This document shows positions 41,070-54,299 of a stretch of 64,000 nt of DNA, piece by piece. The notes beneath the pieces were generated by a model. The model was not told where the DNA came from and did no database searches. It saw nothing but the letters and a program-made list of their open reading frames with translations. Origin of the DNA: Octopus sinensis (lineage: Eukaryota); the NCBI RefSeq assembly GCF_006345805.1, contig NC_043000.1, positions 89,652,001 through 89,716,000 on the forward strand, written 5' to 3'. Both the position numbers and the translations under genes were made by a program. Position 1 is the stretch's first letter; every line of letters starts with the position of its first letter.

Positions 41070-41875
41070 CACTCTAATCACCTTTTCAATGGACAATCTG
41101 ATGTGATTGGGTTTCGGTGAAGGGGAGAATTCGGCACTGCTGCTCTCTTTTGAGTCTCCTGTCTTGATATTGGTTCATCTGGGATCTTGGATAGCACGAG
41201 GTCAAGTTGTTTCTTGAAAACATCTACCTCAAATCCGTGAAGATCTCTCAGATGTTTTGGCAAGGCGTTAAATATCTGTGAGTCTTTGAATCCTAAGCTA
41301 ATGCAGTATGCGATCGTCATTCTAGATGGGATAACTGACACCTTTGGAACAGTGCAGTTCGAGCTCTGGTATAGCTTTCATTTCCATAGTTGGTGCCAGC
41401 CCCTCCAGGATTCTCCATCCATATATCACTGCATACCACTCCTATCTTCGCTCCAGGAAGTAGAGTCGTAGCTCTTTCAGTCCCAGTTCCGTCGATGTAA
41501 CATCGCTATTATTCCGCAATTATTCTGACATTTTAGGGTGTCCACAGTTGAGAGCAGTATTCCAGACGGCTGAGGACAAATGTTCTTGTTCGGAAGGTTC
41601 TCAGAATCCATTCGGCCATTCGCTTTGCAAACTGTCACCATTTTGGTGATGTACAGGTGAAACGAGGAATCGTGGCTCATATCAATCCCGATGTATGTGA
41701 TTCTGGGACTGCTTCTCCTTTTGGTCCAAAGTATCGTTGTTGCCGTTTCTGAGCACTAATTATCTGAATGCGGAAGGGCTTGGAATTCGTCTGTATTAAA
41801 TTGCATATTGTGTTCTTCAGGCTATTTATCTATGGCATCTAGATTCCTTGATTGCTTGTACTACTTTTGTGTTAT
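41070..41875 (-). mobile_element. Decayed CR1-group (L2/Crack/Daphne-like) LINE 3' part
   Basis: Remnants of ADDTK..HNMQFN, and SQIFNALPKHLRDLHGFEVDVFKKQLDLVLSKIPDEP. Confidence 0.7.
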
Positions 41876-41907
41876 CGGCATAGCTAGTATGTGTGTGTGT
41901 GTGTGTA

Positions 41908-41944
<37 letters not shown>

Positions 41945-41945
41945 A

Positions 41946-42038
<93 letters not shown>

Positions 42039-43698
42039 GATATTCCTTTTTTATATCAGAAACCTTGTAAGCGTACTTACAAGATGTAACATTGTATTCC
42101 ACGATTTGCGATATAACTAAAAGTGTCTGTGCAACAAAATAATGCAATATCAATAGCTGAAGAAAATATTTAGGAAAGAACTATGTCATATTACTTTACA
42201 GATTCTCGTGCTATTCTACAACTTACCAAGTTTATACTTACTTGTAATTTATTAATGTCTATAAAGATCCGTCTATCTATCAGTCTGTTCCTACCAATTA
42301 TCAATGGGATGGTGAATATTCTTATTACATGCTTTACTGATTCGAAATAATAAGCTAAATCAATACAGGTTACGTGTGATTCAATAGCCACATGGTAATA
42401 CTACATGAATTATTAAGTTACTTTGCTTGTATTTTTTTAAGACACAATTGCGCCAGGTACGTTGTGTATAAATAGCTTATCACTTTCTCTATTTAAATAT
42501 TAGCAGAGTCCATACATCACTATTTTCCTCATTCCATTGTTGACTTACATATGTAACACAATAATTACATCGCCTTGGATAATTTAAACTAGGCTGTTGC
42601 ATGCGTATATTCTTGAGTGTATGTATTTATGTATGTGTGGAGGCGCAATGGCCCAGTGGTTAGGGCAGCGGACTCGCGGTCGGAGGTTCGCGGTTTCGAT
42701 TCCCAAACCGGGCGCTGTGTGTGTTTATTGAGCGAAAACACCTAAAAAGCTCCACGCTGCTCCGGCATGGGGGGTGACCCTTGTTGTACTCTTTAGCCCC
42801 AACTTTCTCTCACTTTTTCTTCCTGTTTCTTGAGCAACGCTGCGATGGACTGGGGGGGGGGCACATACTCCACAGAAACCGGGAAACAGGGCCCATGAGC
42901 TTGAAAAGGGCGCATAAATAAATAAATGTATGTATTTATATATGTACGTATGTGTGTATGTATGTGTAGATAGATAGATACATAAATACATACATACATA
43001 CAAAGATGCATACAAACACACATACATACGTAGTACGTGCATATCTACATATAAACACTCATATGTACAGACGGACGGACGGACGGATGGACAGATGGAC
43101 GGATGGATGGATGGACGGTGGGACGGACGGACGGACGGACGGATGAATGGACGGACGGATGGACGTTGTTTTGTTATTATTATTATTTAAAAAGTCGGTG
43201 AGCTGGAAGAGAGTATATGGCGGAGTATACGTGTATCTGTATTGTTGTAGTGAATGTATAAGTATAGATGTACGCAGGTGTGGAAACTTTCCCTGACGAA
43301 CACAGAAGGTAAACAGAACCTAACAGACGGTAATTTTTAGCAATTCTGGGTGAAAAGGAGAGATAATTTCAAGAACTTAAAATAAATTCACGGTTGAATA
43401 AACATACTCAAGGATAAGGGACAATCTGATCTTCATCCATAGCTGTCACCCGCCTCCAAAACAAAGACTAGATTATCATTTCTGCTTCAGCAAGTTCGTT
43501 CGACCATGAAGTTATTCTTAAATTCTAGAAGTTATCTTCTCTTCAAATGCAGAGATGCTAATAGCTACAAGGTTGCGTTTAGCTCATCTAATTGCCAAGG
43601 AAATTTTCTTAAATTAAAAGTTATGTAACATTCTATAGACTCTCACTAGGAACCTGTTTGTTCCCCTCTTAGCTGGTTTTTAGATTTAATTATGCTTA

Positions 43699-44561
43699 GA
43701 TCAATAAGTATCCGGAGGATTGCCATAGTGACGAAGCTAAAGCATGCAGAGTGAAGCTGCTTGGCACAGATTCATCTTGAAATTTGTTGGGCATGCGCAT
43801 TAAGTTTTAACGTTCTAGCTCACTTCTGTTTACAGCAGTGCTTGGAAGGAATATGTGTAGCGTGTGATCGTCTCATTGACCATGACAGAGAAAGTTGAGC
43901 AGAGAGTCTGCATCAAATTTTGCCAAAAGATTGGCGATACCTGCTCAGAGGCCTGCGCAATTTTTTTTTTTTTTAAGTTTTCATCGTTCTTGACCGCAGT
44001 GCAACTGAAACCCGAGTGTATTTTTGGTCAGCTGAAAGCAGTTTTGGTACAAACTTGGCAGACACGCGTCTCATACCCAAATCTTCAGTGATAATGGACT
44101 GAACTGAACCGTAACTAATCTGCACATCCTCTGATAACTCATGGATGGTGATTCGACGATTTCCCCTCACAGCTGCACACACATCTGCGATGTCTTTCTC
44201 AGTTCTGCTTGTTGTAGATCTCCTCGAACGTTCGTCACTATCGACATTTTTTCGGCCATCTTGGGAACGTCTGAACCACTCGTACACTTGTGTGTGGCTC
44301 ATACGCTCCTCTCCATACATTTTCTGCAATTTTGCGTAGGCCTCTGGAAAAGTATCGCCATGAAAACTTTGTCTGCCAAGGTCAAATGCGAAGATCACAC
44401 GCTACGTACCTTCCTTCCAAACACTACTGTACACAGTGAAAGTGAGATAGAAGGTTAAAACCTAGTGCGCATGCACAGCAGAGTTTAAGCGGTTACACTC
44501 TGCATGCTTTTAACTTCGTTACTGTGGTAACAGTCCGGATACTTATTGACCAGACCTCGTG
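43699..44561. mobile_element. Two convergent 5' halves of one mariner family
   Basis: Plus copy 43699-43960 (MTEKVEQRVCIKFCQKIGD) and minus copy 43975-44561 (EAYAKLQKMYGEERMSHTQVYEW..MRRVSAKFVPKLLS). Each starts with the same TCAATAAGTATCCGGA end. Confidence 0.8.
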
Positions 44562-44596
44562 GGTAGATAGATAGACAGACAGACAGACAGACGAAC

Positions 44597-44672
<76 letters not shown>

Positions 44673-44781
44673 GCACAACCTTACATGTATATATTATGTA
44701 TACATACACACACACACATATATATGTATACTCACAAATACACACACGTGCGTACGCTCTCGCACACAAACACACACACAC

Positions 44782-44841
<60 letters not shown>

Positions 44842-45385
44842 TATATATATATATATATATATATACAATGCCGGTGGTTGTTGAGTTATTTATTGCTCGA
44901 CTATTGATCAATTGTCTCTTTAAAATGAAATAAAAATGGAAATCAGAAATCAATGTCTAGACAATTACGTATTTAACTTTACCATTATTCATAATATATG
45001 ATCACAGTTGCATAACCAATTACATATATATGCGTGTGAGCGATCAAATAAACATATATGCGCCTTTGCATTTATACACGCTTATGCACGCACATACATG
45101 TACACACATTCATCTTTTATCTTTTACATGTTTCAGTCAATGGACTGCGGCCATACTGGGGCACCGCCTTGAAGGGTTTTAAATCTAATAAACTGTTTCA
45201 AGTGTTTTCTTCCTAATCTGGTACTTATTCTATCGGTCTTTTTTGGCCGAAACACTAAATAACAGAGCCTAAACAAACCGACTTCGGTTCTGTAAAGCGG
45301 TAGTGGGGGCGGGGGATATAATGCAAACACAAAGACACGCACACATAGATATATACATGCATGTATACATACATACATACATACA

Positions 45386-45420
<35 letters not shown>

Positions 45421-45421
<1 letters not shown>

Positions 45422-45620
45422 TTTCTTTACTACCCACAAGGGGCTAAACACAGAGGGGACAAACAAGGACAGACAAACGGATTAAGTCGATTACATCGAT
45501 CCCAGTGCGTAACTGGTACTTAATTTATCGACTCCGAAAGGATGAAAGGCAGAACGTAACGGCAGACGAAATACGGCTACGCATTTCGCCCGGCGTGCTA
45601 ACGTTTCTGTCAGCTCGCCG
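45421..45620 (-). mobile_element. tRNA-derived SINE family B with extended 3' tail
   Basis: Reverse complement of the GGCG..GAGCTGGCAGAATCGTTAGCACGCCGGG family, also seen at 38599, 51077, 61316 and 18110. Confidence 0.8.
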
Positions 45621-45702
45621 CTGTATACATATATACATGCATACATACATATGTGTAGGTGTGTATGTATATGTATATGTATATGTATATATATACACAT
45701 AT

Positions 45703-45921
45703 GAGTGTAGGGGATGAAAAGTTCCTGGCTTTGGGTAAAACAAAATACAAGAGGATCAGTTAATTATAACTTTATCCAGCATATCTCCCTCTCAGATTCA
45801 CACACTTATTGCAGCGGTCCTTCACTTTTCCTAAGCAATGTAAAAGAACTCTGAAGGTTGGCCCTCCAACCAGGCTTTTTGTGACACCTAAAAGCCAAGA
45901 ACTTTACAGCGCCGCCTCGTA
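45703..45921 (-). mobile_element. Mariner-type MITE, sister of 25367-25591
   Basis: Aligns in reverse orientation to 25367-25591. Confidence 0.75.
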
Positions 45922-46065
45922 TATACCAGATGAACCAATAAAATTGTCCAAATTTTTGCTTCAACTTCGAAATTTTGTAACTCAGGAATTATTGAATGTA
46001 ACTTAATGGAATTATCAGTGGTTTTTCTAACAATTATGGAAAGTGTTAATTACTCTCCAAATTCA

Positions 46066-46548
46066 CCACTATCGGTGGTGTATTTTTCGTTTGTCACTGT
46101 TATTTATGACATCGTTCGTGCGTTTTTACTGGTTTTAAGGTTTTAGAGTTAGGGTTTTAGGGTTAGGGTTAGGGTTAGGGTGTTAGAGTTAGGATGTTAG
46201 GATTGGGTTTAGAGTTTTAGTGTTAGGGTTTTAGGGTTAGGGCGTTAGGGGTAGGGTTTTAGGGTTAGGGTTGTCATAAATAACAATGACAAACGAAATA
46301 TACATCGCTGGAAGTTCTTGTTGACAACAGCAGTAATTTTATTCAGCTGAATACACGTCATTGATTGGTTGAAATTACCGAAATACGAGAACTTTAACGT
46401 GAAATAACTTTGTAAATATAAGTTTTTCTCAAAGATGCTAAGAGTAAAAGATATTTTATATGACCCATTCTACCAGTGTGCGAAGGTTGAAAGTGTTTAG
46501 TTACAAAAAATTATTTTTTAAATCTGTAGGTCAAAAGGTAAAGATCTA
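46066..46548. mobile_element. Unclassified non-coding element carrying an internal TTAGGG array
   Basis: 33-bp inverted repeats (46079-46111 / 46272-46304, 31/33 match) enclose about 11 TTAGGG plus variants. The outer boundaries are inferred from where the TIGAR-like frame breaks. Confidence 0.5.
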
Positions 46549-46880
46549 ATTTCTTTGCTAGACACATCGTAAGCTGCAGTCGTTATCACTGGTTTTATAT
46601 TTACTGAGCAATCAGTCTGATCAGTTTTAGGCTGTTCATGCTCTTGTTTTGTACTATTGATTGCATCTATATAGCGGCGCTTAATTGGTGCAGGTACATA
46701 ATTGCCATCTTCTACCTGGCTGCTTTTACGTATTTGATCACACAAATCTTTGAAGAATGATTTTGCCCTTTCTTGCATCTGTTGTAGAGTTTCTGCGCCA
46801 GTTGGTGTATAATTGGCCACAGAAGTATTTATTTTTTAGCAGCAGTCACCAGTTCACGATAACCTTTTCCCTCAATGGTT
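46548..46880 (-). pseudogene. TIGAR-like (histidine phosphatase / PGAM family) gene fragment, frameshifted
   Basis: TIEGKGYRELVTAAKK(fs)TSVANYTPTGAETLQQMQERAKSFFKDLCDQI resembles recalled human TIGAR [43 protein letters not shown]. No RHG motif and no start codon. Confidence 0.7.
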
Positions 46881-47149
46881 ATCGTGAACTGGTGACTGCT
46901 GCTAAAAAAAAAAATAAATACTTCTGTGGCCAATTATACACCAACTGGCGCAGAAACTCTACAACAGATGCAAGAAAGGGCAAAATCATTCTTCAAAGAT
47001 TTGTGTGATCAAATACGTAAAAGCAGCCAGGTAGAAGATGGCAATTATGTACCTGCACCAATTAAGCGCCGCTATATATAGATGCAATCAATAGTACAAA
47101 ACAAGAGCTTTGTTGATTTCTAGAGGAACAAATTTACATTCTCTGCCAA

Positions 47150-47640
47150 GCCTCTCAGAAGTGAAAGCTTGCTGATAAGAGAATAATGGATCTCACTCAG
47201 CAGAGCCGCAGTGATGGTTGCTGGGGGTAGACAGAGAGAAAGATTCGAGGAGCTCCAGAACATTGTTTCTAACGGCCGCCTTCATTACCTTAGTGATAAT
47301 TACTAAGGAGAGAGAAATATGAAGCTAGTTGGCTGGGACATAAGGGGTTGCCTTTCATTGGAACGGAATATACTGAGGTGTGTTTCCAAATTTCAGGGTA
47401 TATCTCTGTAAAGAGTAAAAGATTAAAGATTTTTGCGAATATAGGAATAAGTTCAGGAGTGCAGTGTTTGAGTGTAATGGAAGTCAAGGTTAGTGGCCTT
47501 GTTTGAAACAGTTGGAAGTAGTTCCACTCTTGGCGTGTATGTTAGAGGAAGGGGGGAGTTATTGGGGTAAAAGGAGTAGGATATGGATGTGATCGAGGAA
47601 TGTTTAATATGAAAGAGAGTACTCAGTACTAAACGTAGAG
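47150..47640 (-). mobile_element. Decayed CR1/Jockey-group LINE, RT N-terminal fragment
   Basis: LKHCTPELIPIFAKIFNLLL..YPEIWK..VPMKGNP..PS matches the recalled LAKLFN..FP..WK..P.PKKG pattern. Confidence 0.7.
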
Positions 47641-48411
47641 TATTATATTTTATAGGGGACTGAAATTTCACGAATCGTTACCCAAAATTTCTCTCTTCCG
47701 ATTTTCGAAAGATTTTTTTTTAAATAAGAGAGATATTTTTAAAAACTAAATGTAAACTATTACATTTAGTTTACGGTCATAATAGACCGTATATCTAGAT
47801 TTAATAAAAAATTTGTCTAGTTATACAGATATAATTATATTTGTCTACCTAGATAAGTTTTTAGTAAATATTGACCGAATAGGCGTAGGCGTGGCTGTGT
47901 GGTAAGAAGCTTGCTTTCCAACCACATGGCACCTTGAGCAAGTGTCTTCTACTATAGCTTTGGCCCGACCAAAACCTTATGAGTAGATTTGGTAGACGGA
48001 AACTGAAGGAAGACCGTCGTAAATACATGTGTGTGTGTGTGTGTGTTTGTTTGTTCCTTCGTTCCGTAACTTAGCGGTTCGGCAAAAATCCCGATAGGAT
48101 AAGTTCTAGGCTTACAAAGAATAAGTCCTGGGGTCGATTTCTTCGATTAAAGGCGGTGCTCCAGCATTACCGCAGTCCATTAACTGAAACAAGTAAAAGA
48201 ATAAAAGAAAAAAAGAAAAGAATATAACATTGTAAGCAAAATAAGTAGTCTGATGTGTATGAATATTTGCTAACTTGACAAAAGAAATAAAGAAAAGACG
48301 AAATAGAAAAAGATTAACAAAACAGGCAAAATGAGCTGTAAATGAATGTACAGACAAACTGACAGACGGACGGACAGACAGACAGACGGACAGACAGACA
48401 GACAGACAGAA

Positions 48412-48454
<43 letters not shown>

Positions 48455-48463
48455 TAGATAGAC

Positions 48464-48542
<79 letters not shown>

Positions 48543-51288
48543 AGATAGATAGATAGATAACAAACTAGGTGTAACTTTTCTTGAGATTTTATCTTCCAAT
48601 ATGATTTGATAAACGCATTTATTTTCCTGATTGAATAGTCTCTTTTCTTCATCTTCACACTTAAATGCTTGCATACATCTATCATCACCATTTCCGATGA
48701 ACACTGCATGCAGTAGTATACATCTAAGCTGAATACATGACACTGTCTATTATATTTTTCCGTCAAATAAATCTCCATGACATATCAACTACATTACCTG
48801 GCTTCTATTCTCGACAGATTAGAAAACATCAGAAGAATGAAATGGTGCTTTTGTATTTTTCGACAAAGGGACACTTGGGAATTGTACAGACAAAACCTTT
48901 GGAGTTAAATCAATAGATATAAAACAGCAAATAAGTTGAGCTGTTACAAACATATCTTTGTAATTTGATAAATAAAAAAAGTATTTAAGGAAGTCTACAA
49001 CAACATTAAAAACTTTTATATAAGAATTGAAAATGTTTACATTATTCTAGGCTAAATTTCCATTTCTAATCGAGTAAGAACAAAAACGTTTATAGCACTG
49101 ACAAAACCACATACGATAAACTATAATTTAGTAACATAATATTCCCAAAATTCTGGTGCCAACAGCACACTGTTAAACTAGAAGTTAACTATATAACTAT
49201 GACCCATAACATAAACAACAGAACAGAATATTTAACCCTAAGAACATCATAAATTATTCTTAAAAATCACAAATGTAAGTTAAAACTTTAAATATAAAGT
49301 AGTCAACGCCCTCACAATCATATGTAAGATTAATAAGCAACTATATACTAGATTCAAATATATTTAAAGTAAGGAAATCTTATACCCCATAAACCCTTTT
49401 CTGTATGAAAAATTGTATGCCAGTAATAGATGGCTTAGCAATAAACAATTAGTGACAAACAATACTGTAATCTGCCCGCTTCTAAATGTTCATCGGAAAA
49501 GGTAGTGATAGGCGTATGCAAGTGTTTAAGTGTGAAGATGTAAAAAAGAGTATTCAATCATGAAAGTAGATGCGTATATCAAATCATATTACATGATAGA
49601 ACCTCAAGAATAGTTACACTGGGTGTGTCATTTATCTATTTATTTATCTATCTATTATTCATTTTTATCCCTTTCTAACTAAACACCTGTTTCTAAAAAC
49701 TTTAGCCTTCACCAACACCGTTGTGCTAATCAGTGAATCTCTTATTAATATATTTGTGGATTCAAAACTATTTTGTGCCTTCGCTTAAAAGGAAACAGAC
49801 GAATTAATACTGAATTCCATTATGAGAGTATACGATTCAGCGGAATTATTCACAACCATCAGAATTTTATTTTAGAACGTTTGAGGAAATACTCAGGTTT
49901 GTGAGAAGGTTTTTATAGACCATGGACACTTGGTCATGCGCAGTATGTATGGACAAGAATTACATAGAGTCAGAAAATATATAATATAAATATTTAGCAA
50001 AAATGTTGACAATTATTTTACTATAGTAAATTCTGGGTAATAAAATATTGCCTATATCTTGCTTAGATATATCACTTTCATAATTTGGCACGTTAAACTT
50101 AGATGAAATTAAATTCTTTAAAGTCAATAAAAAGTTATTTTTATTAATAACACTTCCTTTCAACGTCCTCAAATTGTACGAAAACAAACTCCTTATTGTT
50201 AATAGAAGTAATTTTTCATTATTCTCTGTTAAAGCCATGTTTTATTAATTCTACCATGCAAATACTTCAGTATAGAGAAGAGAGTATACCATACTGACAG
50301 TAGAAGACCAAAATACTTTTATAAGTTGGATCTTTTAACAACATGATTCTGGGTCTTTCATCTTCGATTCGCAAACAAAATCTGAACGCAATGAAACAAA
50401 GAAACCGTTAAGAAGATTATTTAGAAAACGAAATCAAGAAGAAGCGTTTGAAGGATGCATATGTAAAAATAATATTAAATGAATAATATTTGATTGGGTA
50501 TACTTAAAAAGAAAGTTTTAGGTAAATATGAACAATACCGACTAAATGCCAAATGCAATAATTTAATCAATAAACAATACTAATAAATACATAAAACTAA
50601 TGCTATCTTTCATTAACATGGTTGAATTGTATCTCAGTTCAATCACAAAACGTCATTCATATTCAAATACTACAAAAAAAAAAGAGAAAGGGACAGTTTG
50701 AGTCAATGAAAAAATGAGTTAATGAAACACAAAGAGAGGGAAAACTATTGATTTTCAGAAAATGTTCTAAAGTTGTTTCGTTCATTGAGCCATGTGTGAT
50801 AATAACTAGCAGTTAGGAAAGAGACATAGGAAAAAATTGGTTAACGAAAAATAAAATGAAATTGAAGATGAAAATGTCGGAAAATTCTTGTTGTGAATTC
50901 AAATTTGCCAGTTTGTTGTTTACTGGAAATTCCTCATTAAGCGGTGATACAATGGCAGTGTTTACATGAATTCACCAAAAGATTGTTATCGAATATTATA
51001 TTTTGCTGATGGATTTTAATCGCAACCCCTAAAACTTTGAACGTAATTTAAAAGATATATTTTAAAAGCCTAATAAGGCGGCGAGTTGGCAGAATCGTTA
51101 GTACGCCGAGTAAAATGCTTAGTAGCATTTCGTCCGTCTTTATGTTCTGAGTTCAATTTCCGCCTTACGTTCTTCAGGATCTAGGATCTATGTAATCGAC
51201 TTACCCTCTACTTCAAAATTTCTGGCCTTGTGCCAAAATTTGAAACCAATATATATAATATATATTATATATATATATATATATATAA

Positions 51289-51930
<642 letters not shown>

Positions 51931-51980
51931 ATGTATGTGTGTGTGTGTGTTTATATATATATATTTGTGTGTGTGTGTGG

Positions 51981-52011
<31 letters not shown>

Positions 52012-52272
52012 TGTGTGTGTGTGTGTGTGGTCTGTGTTTGTCTCTCCAATATATATATATATAAATATTTATACATTCTTTATTGGAATAGTGGATCTTC
52101 AGACTCACTGCTTTAAATAACATTATTTAAACATATTGGGTTGAAAATTCCTTTGGGATAGAAAAAGTTGAAGATTGCCCGAGCTCCGAGATCCACTATT
52201 CCAAAATAGCATTTCATCGTGTTCTCTCGAGAGTTTATAAAGTTCTTATGACTATATATTGTATATATATAT

Positions 52273-52309
<37 letters not shown>

Positions 52310-52341
52310 CCATTTCCAATATATATATATATTATATATAC

Positions 52342-52435
<94 letters not shown>

Positions 52436-52493
52436 ATTTCCAAGTATATATATTATATATACATATATATTATATATACATATACATATATAT

Positions 52494-52535
<42 letters not shown>

Positions 52536-53121
52536 ATTAGGGAGTATGGCTCCAAACTTACAGAGAAAAATTAGATTAGGATTAAATCAAATTTCACAGA
52601 ATAAATATATAACATATAAATTAGAGATAAAACCACTATTGGGCAACTCAAACAGCGATAGACATAAACCAATACATAAATAACAAATAATATAAATATA
52701 ATTAATATAATATATAATATATATATGTAAAATTTAAAATTTTAATTTTTAAATTTTTTTATTTATTTTTTTTATTATCTTTAACCTGAATATTGACTAT
52801 AATTTTAGTTAGAATTTATTTCAATTGAATTTAAACTAAATTTTAATTCGAATTTAATTATAGCCATGAAACGTACGTAGTGTTTTCATTTATTATATTA
52901 TACTTATCATTCTTTTTATACTTTTTGGTTATTAAAAAAATGAATACATAAAAAATAGAAAATAAAAAATTAAATTAAATTAAAACATTTAAAAAATTAA
53001 ATTTTATATATATATATTATATATTATATTAATTATATTTATATTATTTGTTATTTATGTATTGGTTTATGTCTATCACTATTTGAGTTGCCTAATAGTG
53101 GTTTTATCTCTAATTCATATT

Positions 53122-53157
<36 letters not shown>

Positions 53158-53726
53158 TATATAAAATGAGATAGGGGTTGAAAATTCAACCCACCATGGG
53201 ATAATATATATCCAGTATACTGCTAGATAGGTACCCAACAAGACTAATACATAGATGTTAAAAATTGCCAAACAATCAGTTCATCTATTGTATTATATGG
53301 GTAAAGGTAATAATATTACCGTAAATTAATACTACAAAATTAGTGAATGGAGAAACATACTTAAATCAATAAAACATCAACTATCAGATGATACCCAATC
53401 AATACTTTAATACACCATTACACATCAGCAAAGGCATTATACAAAATATACAGTAAGAGTAAATAGACAAAGAGATATAAGTATAAAATTTCAAATATAA
53501 TATGTAATTAAATCAAATCTGACAGCTGTTTCGGCAGTGAGGGCAGTCATACCTCATTTAACCTATAAGCCATAAAGGCAGGTATAATGCCTTTGCTGAT
53601 ATGTAATGGTGTATTAAAGTATTGATTGGGTATCATCTGATAGTTGATGTTTTATTGATTTAAGTATGTTTCTCCATTCTCTAATTTTGTATTATATATA
53701 TATATATACTTGGAAATATATATATA

Positions 53727-54258
<532 letters not shown>

Positions 54259-54299
54259 ATATATATATATTATGTGAAGCAATATGAAAGCTGGGTCGT

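Noticed and set aside
42201-42350. Alternative hydrophobic terminal exon after the ttactttacag acceptor
   Set aside because: No homology or nearby supporting signals; the composition is explained by AT-richness.
42639-42715. tRNA gene (Arg-like head)
   Set aside because: The acceptor stem does not pair and the head continues into a SINE body shared with other copies.
46131-46271. True telomere or chromosome-fusion site
   Set aside because: The array is short, degenerate, in one orientation only and enclosed by element-like inverted repeats.
49000-49300. GPCR-like transmembrane pseudogene on the minus strand, and a CEKVF..H zinc-finger-like word near 49900
   Set aside because: Multiple stops and no diagnostic motif; the hydrophobicity is expected from T-rich DNA.
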